A stretch of DNA of 64,000 bases from Klebsormidium nitens (lineage: Eukaryota; Plantae; Klebsormidiophyceae). The stretch lies in contig DF237141.1 of NCBI GenBank assembly GCA_000708835.1, positions 62,001-126,000 of the forward strand, in the 5' to 3' direction. Made by a program: the position numbers and the translations under genes. A model generated the notes under the pieces. That model ran no database searches and was not told the origin of the DNA. It worked only from the letters and a program-made list of their open reading frames with translations. Position 1 is the first letter of the stretch, and each line of letters begins with the position of its first letter. Of this stretch, positions 49,601 through 59,476 are shown in pieces.

Positions 49601-51397
49601 CTCGCTGTGCGGCATGCGGTTCAACACCTCCAGAATGATGTTTGCGCACCCTATGCTCAACCGTGTCCGTCGCCTGGGTTAACGAAGGTGCCTTAAGGTC
49701 CACATTCAGAAGGCGGGTACACCCAGGTTGAATCTTGAAGTAGAGGCTGTCTTCCGGCATGCAATTCAGCACCTCAAAATTGAAGTTGCGAACCTTGTGA
49801 TCGACTGTGTCCGTCGCCTGGGTATGGTTCCGATCTGGTAGTGAGTCCGGTTCCAGATCTCGGGTTTTACCGGATCTGGGTTGAATGTGATACACGCGAG
49901 CTCTGACGCATCCATCATTATGATTTGGATACCGAATTAGCCCTGGTAGGGCTCGGTGCTGACGGATTTGAACACCACTCAGTCCAGCGATCAAGCCAAC
50001 TCTCATTCCTCCAAGCACCCTCGTTAATCTGTTCCAAGTTTCGATCAGCAAGCTTGTCTACGTTAAAAGACCCTTCCACCAAGATTTCCATCAGATCAAA
50101 GTGGCTGGGTGGTAGTAGGACCAATTCGTGAGTGACCTGACCTCGACACTGCTTACCTGCGGCTGCGTCAGCGAGAGCAGCCCCGTCTGGAGCGCCTTGA
50201 AGCAGTGCTTGAGGAAGTTCTGGTACTCGGACGTGTGCACGATCTCAATGCTGTCCCGGATCTCAGTCACAAGCGTCAGCTTCATCTGCATGTCTGCAAT
50301 TTGGGGAAGTAGCGATGGTGTCAGAAAGGTACAGTGATGGGGGGGAAACATGAAAACCCAGCAATGACTGAACATCGAAAACCAGGATATTTTCATGCAG
50401 TTTCAGCGGGGCTTCTTGTTGACAGATTGATACTTATCTCGACAGGCGGAAGGGAACTCGTTACAGAGGCAAGTCCAAAGAGCTGTCACTGTCACAGCGA
50501 AACTTGGATCGTCCACGATGCGGGGTGGTCGACCAAAACAATGCATATTCTGGGCACCACAAGTAGCCTTCCATAGAAAGAAGTGAGCATTATGAGGTGG
50601 TGACAGAACGTGCCCACTTGGTACACAGATGAGCTGTTCTAAATAACGCTTTTTCTCAGACGGCCAGCACAAGTTTTTGAATAAAAGTGCTTGCTCTATT
50701 TCCCCATGCTCTAGCTTCTTCGGACGGTGGCCCCCCGCGTTCTTTTGCAGCATATATTGCAAACGAGACAGTATTGATGAATCTTGGTCTTCTTCGCAAT
50801 GTTTTGTAGCACTCAACAGGAGTGGACAAGGGATGACCTTTCAAAGGGGCACTGAGCGGAAAGATCAGTCGGCCCATTTTGCATCTATTTCCACAAAGAT
50901 CCTGAAAACTGTATTGCAGGAAGTTTTGAGCAATCTGTCAAAGAACCGCATCAGAACTGAAGAAGGGAACCACATCACACTCAACGAAAATTTGATTCAA
51001 AAGCCAGCTCTTGGAATCAACCAGAACAACAACGCGCAGGATTCTGTCAGCCCGCAGTTGCAGTGCACTGCTCATCAAACCAAGTAGATATCAAGAAAGA
51101 GGAAAGGGCGCCAGAGCACTCACTCGTCTCCGGATCCAGGAACTTCTTGGCGTGCCCCTCAAAGTTCCCCAGCATCAGGGTGGCCCCCGACCGGTGGGGG
51201 TTCCCATGCTGACTCCCCCCCAAATCCATCGCCCCCCCGTCGGCCTGACTCTGCTGAGACGGCGGAAGAGCAGCGCCGCTGTCTGGGGGCTGTCCTCCCG
51301 GGGGGGTAGGCTGCACTCCCTGAAGCGCACCCCCTTTCTTCTGCTGTTGCAATTGGGCCTGCCGAGCGGCTTGTGGGTCTCGGGCAGGTGGTACCAT
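13609..51397 (-). CDS. TRRAP: Transformation/transcription domain-associated protein (TRRAP/Tra1), PIKK-family pseudokinase of SAGA/NuA4; 43 exons, about 4021 aa
   Basis: Exons in transcript order: 51124-51397, 50157-50293, 49065-49304, 48326-48640, 47746-47871, 47377-47462, 46443-46647, 45520-45850, 44391-44664, 42793-43507, 42137-42320, 41259-41434, 40393-40767, 39274-39519, 38625-38779, 37635-37893, 37062-37181, 36385-36600, 35659-35920, 34784-35006, 33805-34288, 33030-33401, 32144-32368, 30700-31464, 29718-29900, 27905-28699, 26960-27211, 25356-25595, 24536-24936, 23776-24082, 22748-22927, 21754-21953, 21021-21207, 20188-20373, 18963-19328, 18166-18560, 17670-17851, 16921-17087, 16444-16557, 15616-15894, 14850-15074, 14099-14425, 13609-13923. 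Sum 12066 nt (divisible by 3; phases agree where checked). Motifs: HEAT region (EHKVRNIILEVLNRMPHSETLKPY; LLGKLGGRNRRFL), FAT region (WRLRVPNEWDDLTVWNDLLQWRNHM), PI3K-like domain lacking the catalytic DRH/DFG residues (HIGARSPNKTLF...QNDFHP; EPVPFRLTRNL), FATC end LCMMDPTWHPWF*. Confidence 0.97.
14045..14078. repeat. Short (CCCAGA/CCCAAA)n simple repeat in the last TRRAP intron
   Basis: atccagacccagacccaaacccagacccaaacc. Confidence 0.7.
15085..15124. repeat. (TTAG)n microsatellite, reading as reiterated CTAAC/CTAA branch-point-like motifs on the transcribed strand just upstream of the exon 41 acceptor
   Basis: gggttagggtttagttagttagttagttggttagttag. Confidence 0.75.
19400..20125 (-). repeat. 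Four clear plus about two decayed copies of the TRRAP exon 35 acceptor plus 5' end
   Basis: An AFSTAISLFKHLPKGW-like unit at about 19400-19480, 19575-19625, 19685-19765 and 19845-19910; faint copies at about 19975-20125. Confidence 0.92.
23028..23385 (-). repeat. Three copies of the TRRAP exon 31 5' end
   Basis: Plus-strand CTCGACATGCTGCCCTCGT recurs near 23055, 23200 and 23345 in addition to the exon copy near 22893. Confidence 0.92.
25660..25970 (-). repeat. Three copies of the TRRAP exon 28 acceptor plus 5' end
   Basis: TAACC(C/T)GCAG|GT(C/T)CC(G/A)GCGCT recurs near 25705, 25830 and 25960. Confidence 0.9.
26130..26870 (-). repeat. Five tandem copies of the 3' end plus donor of TRRAP exon 27
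   Basis: A KQGLDILLAILVEKGPIEVAPNSAR|GT-like unit recurs at about 26770-26870, 26618-26720, 26452-26540, 26305-26420 and 26130-26215. Confidence 0.95.
29225..30305 (-). repeat. Copies of TRRAP exon 25 ends (three 3'-end copies downstream, one 5'-end copy upstream)
   Basis: About 29225-29290, 29378-29470 (with GTAAC donor) and 29560-29635; upstream GATGCAG|TGCCTAGATCTGTGGCCAACC at about 30255-30305. Confidence 0.88.
35007..35250. repeat. Degenerate minisatellite of about 40 bp units (about 6 units) abutting the TRRAP exon 20 acceptor
   Basis: Unit resembles TGCGGACAGGGAACGGACGGA...TTGCAGCTTTTG; on the minus strand it reiterates the pyrimidine tract CCGTTCCTGTCCGCA. Confidence 0.85.
37955..38255 (-). 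repeat. Two copies of the TRRAP exon 16 acceptor plus 5' end
   Basis: AAGCTCT..CTTGTC.TGGGCGTCGGA.GTGGA recurs near 38010 and 38195; both copies end at an ACAG| acceptor. Confidence 0.9.
39570..40000 (-). repeat. Three tandem copies (about 150 bp period) of the TRRAP exon 14 acceptor plus 5' end
   Basis: Plus-strand ACGTGCAGGCCTTGCAGG(G)CGGCCT recurs near 39660, 39815 and 39975 in addition to the exon copy near 39500. Confidence 0.92.
43595..43955 (-). repeat. Three degenerate copies of the TRRAP exon 10 5' end
   Basis: CCCCACAG|GCTGCTCGATGTGATGGTCGATTCC (about 43595-43650) plus two more decayed copies (about 43765-43812, 43900-43955) of CAG|GCTCTTTGACGTGATGGTCGACTCC. Confidence 0.85.
46265..47278 (-). 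repeat. Degenerate copies of TRRAP exon 7 ends (about four 5'-end copies upstream, one 3'-end copy downstream)
   Basis: Copy at 46692-46803 encodes [34 protein letters not shown] versus exon [34 protein letters not shown]. Further copies at about 46890-46955, 47035-47110 and 47185-47278; 3'-end copy at 46265-46372. Confidence 0.9.
49389..49825 (-). repeat. Three degenerate intronic copies of the acceptor plus 5' part of TRRAP exon 3
   Basis: Copies at about 49389-49497, 49571-49680 and 49755-49822, each beginning CCCAG|GCGACGGACAC (exon: AACCCAG|GCAACAGACACC). Confidence 0.92.
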
Positions 51398-53166
51398 TGC
51401 TAAATTTTGGTGGCACCCCCCGAGGAGTCACCGATGTACATTGGATCAAGGGCGTTGAAATGCACGGGCAGCGAATTTCTTAGCAAGCTGATGTGACAAT
51501 GGACTGCGCAATCCGTGTGCCCCTCTTTGCATACCTATCCAAAGGGAAGAGAAGCGTTAAGAAATTGAAGAATCAATCTGATGACACGAGAGTCGTCCAA
51601 ACACCTCAGAAACCATTCAGTGTGCACGCTGAGGGAGCGCCAAGCTCTGGATAGTTTCACTTTCAGCCATTGCCTTTCACCAAATAGTACTTGTCGGAAC
51701 TTCAGAGAAGCTCAACCGTCTGCCAATTGGAGCTCGCTCAGACGTCTGAGTCAGCGTCCTCTCCGAAGAGTGTGCGCTCGAGCTCCTGAGTCAGGCCCTC
51801 TCAGGAAGGCTTTTAATGCTGTCCAGCTTGTCCAGCTCCAACTGCAACTTTTCTGCCAGGCCAGTTGGTCTGAAACCTGTAGCTATAAAAAGAAGTCCTG
51901 CCCCCTCATTTATCATTCGCTCAACACCATCTTTTGCCGTAGCATCTCACAATCACAATGTCAACGTAGAATACTTCATCATTTCAGCATTCTGCAGAAT
52001 TTGCAGCAGTGTTTACCACGAACTTTTGAGGTTGCCGGTCGCCCAGACGATCGGTCCCCGATCAGTCGGTTGAGAGCAAGTGACGGCCGGTTTGCCAGGG
52101 CCGGCTCTCTGGATTTCGGCCGGTTGGATTAGATCCGAGCGACATTGCGGCGGTCAGTTTTGCGGCCATTTCCGTCCAATCTGTAACATTTTGCAGGGCT
52201 CGATGGTCTCTCGAACTCTATAAGCTTCCAAAAGCTACAATACAGGAAGAAACCCAGGATAGAGACTCGAACACTCAATCAAGCGGTTCTAAAACACTGT
52301 ATTTTGTTGAAATTGAGTTGATAGTTGCTCGTAACGCAACTGACTGGACTGAATTTACCCGGCTCCTAATTGAACCGACAGCCTCTGTTTGAGCCGGCTT
52401 CTCAACCGGCCTCCGGCCGGCCACCTTCGTCTCGGTCGGCTGCCGCCAATTTCAGTCGGTTGCAATACCACTGCAAGTCGGTTCGTGGGAAACACTGATT
52501 TGCAGTGGCAAGGTTTGCAGCAGGGACCAAGGGTCTAACCAAAATTGTGGCCCGTAGAGGAGACGTAAAACCTAACCGGCACATTTTGCCCCAGGTTTTG
52601 GTGACAGCGGCATGACCGGGGTCAAGCCACGGCAAATTGCTGCCAGCTAGGATCGTCTTTTGCCGTCGATTTATGTAGACGTGTATACATCGACCATAGA
52701 TATCAAGAGTTAGATTATCCTCTACAGCTACGTTTCTGTGCTTCTCTCTTGCAGACGGCGACCGCAGCCATCCAACGGCTGACTTTAAGCCGTCCAGATG
52801 AAGCATTTGGATATTTCAACGTCCCCGATCATGCAGCTTATTCTCTACGGTCGCTCGTAATCTTCCTTAGGGCAACCCCTTCATGCCCAGCTTCCTTCTC
52901 TCCGAGTCCAAGTCAGAAAGTCGTTGCTAAACCACCATGAGGAATCCCTTTTCCATCTTAGGACTTGGATGAGGGACGCAGGTACGTTGGAAGAGTTGGA
53001 AGAGTTCTCGTTGATCTCCAGCTGTCTTCTGAGTTGTGATTTTTTGTTGCAAGAAATTTCGTGCTGCGTCTTAGTTCAAACGCTCAGCAGCTTATATGAA
53101 GATGGTCTTTGTCAAGCATTGAAGTCGAAAAAGAGCAGCAAACAAGAGTTTGGTAAGTCCTGCAAC

Positions 53167-56100
53167 ATGGATCCGACAGGGATGCCCCAGCAAACCGGAC
53201 AGGTGACATACCCTCCCCAGATCAATCATTACCAAGGGCAGATCCCGCCTCCGCAGCAGGGGTACAATGTAGGGGCCCAAGGGCTGGGCGCCTTTTCCCC
53301 CCAGTATGGAGTTGGCGGCCCAATCCCTTTGCAGCAACAAATGGCCCCAATGGGGGTCCCTCAGAACAATCTCTCGTCCACGTCATACGGAGGGCTCCCA
53401 ACAAACTCTATGACACCGGGCGCTCCGAATGCTGGCGCCGCGCTCTCCGGCGCCCCGATGGTGTCAAACCAAGCCGCCTCCGAAACGGCCCCGGCGCCCT
53501 TCCCTCCTTTCTACGGCCCGCAGCTAAACCCTGCGACGGCGCAGTTCTTCTCTGTCTACGAGCCCCCCCCGCCCGTGTCGGCCCCTCCCACGGACCCTGA
53601 GGAAGCGAAACGCATCGACAAAGTGGCGGAATACGCGGCAAAAAACGGGCAGCAGTTTGAGGCGCTCATGAGGGAGAAGCAGAAGGGCAACCCTGCGTAC
53701 GCGTTTCTGGTGGGGGGGGAGAACAGCGGGTATTACAGGTATAAGCTGTGGTCGCTGCTGAACCCGCACATCCCCCCGGAACAGATGCACCTGGTTTACC
53801 TGCAACCGGCCCCCCAGCAGGCGGGCTTTGCATACGGAGGAGCGCCACCGGAGGCGGCGTTTGCTGGTGAGCGCACATGATGGCTGGAAAAGTTTAGTTG
53901 CGGCCTAGTGAGTCTGAAACTTGTTTGTTATGATTGGTGGTTCAAAGTCGCAACTCTGACCATGCTGAAAAAGGTAAGTAGCACTTTGCAGGGTTCTGTG
54001 AAGGGACATTATGTTTCTCGATGAACCCATTTTAGGGTCACCTTAGACTACGCCCTCCCTCATAAGGTGGCCCGATGCGGTGGTCAAAGAAAATGTCTCT
54101 GAACGTAAAATTGATGAGGGTTTCTCGGTCTTCGATCAACAGGTGGATGATCTCAGATTGACGTTATGTCATTGTGTCTAGCTAGACTATGGCCCGGAGA
54201 AATCATTTCTGCAGAAATACGCCTGCAGACTGGTGCTTACACCCAGGCTCGTTGGCTTCGTATCGCAATTCCCGAAGAGCTTTTCGTTTGCTTTCGCAAA
54301 ACCTTCAACATTCAGTGTTTCCTATCCTTCTTCAGGCTAACACTTCACGGACCCTTCCCGTCCTACAGGCCAACCACCGTTTGCTCAGTTCCCCCCTCCC
54401 GCAGCAGCCCCGCCCGCGCCGTCCCTCCCCACTGACGTCAGCTCGGAGCTTGCTGACGTTTTGGAAAAGCTGACGGGAACGAAAGAGTCGATCAAGGGCA
54501 CGAAGGCCTGGTTCATGGAACGGGTGGGGGTGCATTTGACGGGGATGGTCGGGGCGCTGCGAGACAGGGTGCTGAACCTCGAGGAGGTTGACAAGCAATT
54601 GCATGTGATCTATCTCGTGAACGACATTCTGTTTAGCTGGTGAGTGTTGTAAGATGAAAGCTTCTGGTTTCTGGTTCTTTTGGACTGTGAGGTGGCTTTC
54701 AGTATGACAAATCGAGAAGCAGCTGCATGTGATTTAACTCGTGAATCGCATCTTGTTCGACTGGTGAGTGCCTAGAGATTTCATAGTTTGGGGCCTCCGG
54801 TGGAAAAAATTCCGAGTTGCGTCTAGTTGTGACGACAGATGAAGGACGAGAGATGAAAGATTGGAGAAGAGACTAAGCCCCACAAGCTGCAGCAAGATGC
54901 TGGTTGGGAATCCAAAATTCAAGAGCATAGTCTGTGGTTGGTGAGTTTGTGAATGAGATTGTTGTTGAAATCAACATTGTACGAACTCTTGTGAAGGTGA
55001 CAGTCTGGACGCAACCGTGACCATACAGCCGGCAGCCATGCTCTCTAAAGTTTATCTCAAGGATTAAGGTCACACAGATCCCAAGCGAACGGTCTCGTTA
55101 GTGGCCTTCATGGATCGTGACAAGTCCCTTTCGAATTGAACGACTTAGGGATAGGATCCATTTCTGACCTAATCAAGCTTGCAGCCGTCTTTGAGCTTTC
55201 CTTCGGACCCATCTGAACGTTCATTCTTACACAAGGCTGGAAGAAGTTCTGGACTGTCGCTTCAAATCGCAGCTTTCTTTGTGCACAGTTTGAGCCAACG
55301 GACGACCCCGTCCGAATTGGACGCTATCTCTCTGGACTTCAGCCCCGTCCTGGGCCAAATGCTCGCCGCCGCTTATAATAACGCGACTGCTACAGAGACC
55401 AACAAGGAGCGGCTAACGAAGATTCTCCACTTCTGGGGTTCCAAGGTGAGCGGAGCGAAGATCTTTTCCTTCTTCAACTCGTTGATACTTCGTGAGTTAC
55501 TCGTGCTCGCCGCCCCTTTAACAACGCAACTGCTACGGATATCAATAAGGAGTGGCTAACAAAGATTCTCCACTTCTGGGGCTCTAAGGTGAGCTGAGGG
55601 TTAAAGGTTACTCTTCTCCATCTCATTGAGAGCTTGCGAGCTTTGATAGATGTGGCGGTCAGCTTTTGGGCTTTGTGTCTAAACATCCCAAGCGCAATCG
55701 GAAGTGTTCCAGATTCCTGAGGATAGTAACATCCGATGAGATCGTAGAATTCAATGGTTAGAAGCGAAAGGGTTCGTCTGAAGGAAATCGGACAAGAATT
55801 GGATATGTACTGTGAAGAGGACGGGGAAGGGAGGAAGCTGCAATTGCTTGTAAGAGTCGACGTTGCGTCAAGAAAGGCCCGGCTATCGACAATGACCAGT
55901 CAACGACTCTCTTACGAGCTTGAAAAGGGATGGACCACTGCGTGTAAGGTTGACCAAAGTGCTCCAAATGTTTTTCACCGGAGCTGCACTTCCCACATTT
56001 GACCCACGGCACAAGAAGCAAAGGACATGGCTGAACGGACCGGCTATGATCCGTGAGGGTCATCGCAGCAAGGCCAATCATCCCTGGAGTTGTCGATGCT

Positions 56101-57025
56101 TCCAAGTGGGATTCCGAGTGTGCTGCGACAGTTAAGATTTGTCATGTCGTCAGCCTACAGAGTCACACTTCGATTCCTTCAGGCAAGTACAGCGGGCTGA
56201 TCTGATCTATTTCACACGCAGGACGTTTTCGACTCGACGACAATTGCAGCCCTCGAGAAAGAAATGCAGGCCGGTCTGCCAGCTAACCCCCCCATTTCAA
56301 CTCCCCCCCACGCCCCCGTGCCCATTCCCCCCCAGACGTACGCTCATTCCCCCAGCCCCTACGTCCCCCCGACTTCGTGGACCCCCCCTCCCCAGCAGTA
56401 CCCCATGATACCCCCCCAGCAGGACCCCTACCTTTTTGGGGGGCACCCTATGCCCGCCACACAGCCCCCCCCGCAGTTCGCCCCTCGCTCCACCGGCTTC
56501 TCGTCGAGTCCCTTCCCTCCTGGGGGTGACTTCGCCCAGCCGGGTGGCCCCCCGGCGGAGCCGGATTTTCCACCGTTCCCCCCGGGACTGATTCCTGGGA
56601 TGGTCCGGAAAATGCAAGTGGGCAGTGGGGTTCCGTACTCGCCGATCAGCCCGCTCGACATCCCGACAGTGATCCCCCCAGCCGCGCAAACAGAGACGTA
56701 CTTGATTTCGCGGTTGAGGAATTTCTACAAAGAAGTTGGTGTTGGGGGGGACGATTTGGAAGTAGACGCGGGGCCCGATGTCGAGGAGCGCAAGACGGAC
56801 CGCCGATTTACGGATACGAAAGAGATGCCGATGCCGACGCTGAACATGGAAGTGAACGCGGAAACGGGCGCGCTAGATGACGGCAGTTTCTACGGTGGGC
56901 TTGGGACTGGGCGGGCGGGGCTTGGCGCCGCGGAACAAACAGAGGAAAATTCTGACGAGTTCTCGTCGTATAGGAAAGCGAGGAGTACGAACTATCACAT
57001 GTCGATCGGAGTACGGACGGGCTGA
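53167..57025 (+). CDS. CHERP: SURP (SWAP) + CID domain protein, CHERP/SCAF6-like splicing factor
   Basis: Exons 53167-53866, 54369-54639, 55289-55445, 56222-57025, phase-consistent. SURP domain IDKVAEYAAKNGQQFEALMREKQKGNPAYAFL...YYRYKL; CID domain LTGTKESIKGTKAWFM...QLHVIYLVNDILF...LTKILHFWGSK|DVF; Pro-rich linker; C-terminal PYSPISPLDIP...RLRNFYKE and DEFSSYRKARS segments resembling CHERP. Confidence 0.85.
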
Positions 57026-57936
57026 CCTTATGGGCTGTTTGCCAGTTGTCTGCACACCAGATTTTGAAGTCAACTTGCAAAGCGCGTCGGCCAAGTGCGA
57101 AGTTGGTGCGTCTCATGCTTGCACCAAAATCAGCAACCAGTTTTCTGTTCATTTTTGCAGCCGCGCTCTGCATAAGTCACTTGCATAATTTGGAACTTTG
57201 GATATGGACGCGGAACTGGAACGGCCGCCAGTCGGAGCCTTGCATATGGCGCGGCTGCTAATGTTTAGTACGTAGCTAGGGCCTTTTGTTCGTACATGTA
57301 TACGCTAAACCCGTCACCAACGATCTGCACTTTAGGAGCCACTAGAATCCATGCAATCCCCATGCGCCAGCTTGGTTCCGAAATGGGCGCGAGACCAGCT
57401 TCCTAGATAGACGGTTGCGGCGCAATTTGCTGATCCATGCCAGGTTTCGCATGTGTGTTGCATGCTCTAAGTTAGGCGCGCGGCCATGCTTATGTCTATA
57501 CGTACAGCGGCAGCTGTAATGATCTATCGTTGTTAGCTACTTGACTTTGGAAATCAGAAAGCCCATGAAGCGTCCGCGCCGAATTGGCCAGTCATACAAT
57601 CATGCAGCATTAGGCGAAATCACGTATTTGACTTAATGTGTCAGTGTGCAGTGCCTATAATTGACCAGTGCCTAGGTCTGTGACGAGTGGGGGGGGGTCG
57701 TCAATGATACCAGACTGCGACACGTGTTTGGACGTTCGACAATTATGACGGAAGAAGTTGTCAGCATGACACGTTCGTTAGGATGCTGAGTACTGTTCCT
57801 TGGTGGGTTCCATCCGCGCATACGAGGCGCCACTTCGCGCTCTTCTGGCCGATGAAAATTTCTATGCACGGGGCGCTCGTGGACAAGCGCAGACAAACGT
57901 GCATGGTTTCTGCATAAGCGCCGCAATCTTCGTGGA

Positions 57937-58882
57937 TCAACTAGGCGGCCCTTGGCCCTGCACCTCAAACAGGGACGGTGGAAACGGCAACTCTAACCCG
58001 AGAGCTGAAAGGCGCAAAGTTTCAGCTTTGGCTAGCAGCGGCTCAGCTTGTTCAACCGAGCGTTGCCTTTCTTCCAACCGAGAGGGGCCGGCAAGGACAC
58101 TCTCGGGCGACCTTGTGAGGTGGGTGATCAGACAATCAACTCCATGCGCATGCGTCACAGGCTCTGTCATCTGGTATGCGAAGCAACGCCATCAAAGACA
58201 GCTGCATTTGTCCACGAAGGCGCCGACAGTCTTCAGCCTTTTAAGTATGCCGAGTTGTTCAGCTCGAGCACTTCTCCCTTTGTGTCTCTTCGAACATCTG
58301 TAGCTGAAGTCAAGAAAGTCTGCATGAGCATCTGGTGTTTGTTATGCTTAGGCTGCTGAAAAGGTGGACTAGGAAGAGAAGACAGACTTGAGAGTAGTTT
58401 TTCAAGCTGCTGCAAACAAACATTTGAGCTCTCTGCTACGAACAGCTCTAAGCAGCATGCTTTTGTTTTAAAAGTCGCTCCCCCTTCAAAGCACCCACGG
58501 CTCAAACCATCTCAGTCTCCCACCTGCTTTGCACAGCTGCTAGTCTGAGTTGCATGGCCGTAGAGGAGAGCTGTTTAGGAGTAGGAAACAAACGTCGCAG
58601 AAGTAGCGAGACCGCTGAATGCACGGAGCTACTCGAAGAGGCCGCAATGCATGGCTGTATGAGAATGATCAAGAGCCGTAAGAAGCAGCTGATGACGTGG
58701 GCAGACGCAGAGTCTGACTCTTCTTCTTCGAGCTCTGGGTCAGATGTTGAAGATGTGACGTCGGTGCGGATCCGCGCGCTTCTACTTTGTCGGCCTTTCC
58801 GCATTGGCTGGAACTTCTCTTGCGCTACCATGTTCAAAGGCTTTATCTCGTCGATCATATCAGATGTCGTGGGATATGCCAT
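57937..58882 (-). CDS. Possible small uncharacterised (spliced or degenerate) gene
   Basis: Three successive minus-strand ORFs (58502-58882, 58233-58505, 57937-58170). The first has an ATG, an acidic stretch, a hydrophobic stretch and a candidate donor (AG|GTGGGA). No recognisable domain; exon chain not resolved. Confidence 0.25.
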
Positions 58883-59476
58883 AAAACCCCCAAAGCATGT
58901 ACACGGTCTTTTACGTGCTTCGTGACCTCTCTTCAGTCACAAGGTTCTACTTGTGATCTCGTCTGATTTGGCAATGCCCATCTTTTTTCACGCTGCCAAA
59001 GTTGAAAGTAGTACCGTCGCAACGGTTTAGAAAGGAAACAATCGAAACCATTATATTCTCCCATCCCTTCCTTGATTGTTCCAACGTTGCCTCTCATTAG
59101 TCATCCACTATTTGTTGCGATCTTTTTTCTTCGAAAAGGTGTTTTCAATTAAGGAATCCCTGTCTCGTTTTGTGAAGAGACCTTGATTTAGCGCCCTCAA
59201 ACGCTATCACAAACCTATGGACTTGCGATTATTCTTGGAGGGACTGCCTTCATTGTTGACGAGAACTTGAAAAAGGGATGCTACTGACCAATTGACCTTA
59301 CGAACATGTGAACCGATGTCACGGTGATCTGGAATCCTTTTGAAGTTGCCAAGTTGCTGGCCTGTGCCCCGTCTCCTCGTAAAGCTGTCTCTTAGTCAAG
59401 GTGGTCTCAAAGACTCGCTGCTCTAATCAGGACAAGATCAGATCACGTATTCGTACTGTCTTCTGGTTTTCAGGTC

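Noticed and set aside
13609-51397. Several separate genes or a second TRRAP paralogue/pseudogene explaining the duplicated fragments
   Set aside because: One 43-exon chain gives a complete in-frame protein; the extra fragments are short, partial and adjacent to the exon they copy.
51581-53160. ORFs in the TRRAP-CHERP divergent intergenic region, including the non-ATG upstream extension of ORF 52924-53880
   Set aside because: No recognisable domains; most likely promoter/5' UTR sequence. CHERP more plausibly starts at ATG 53167.
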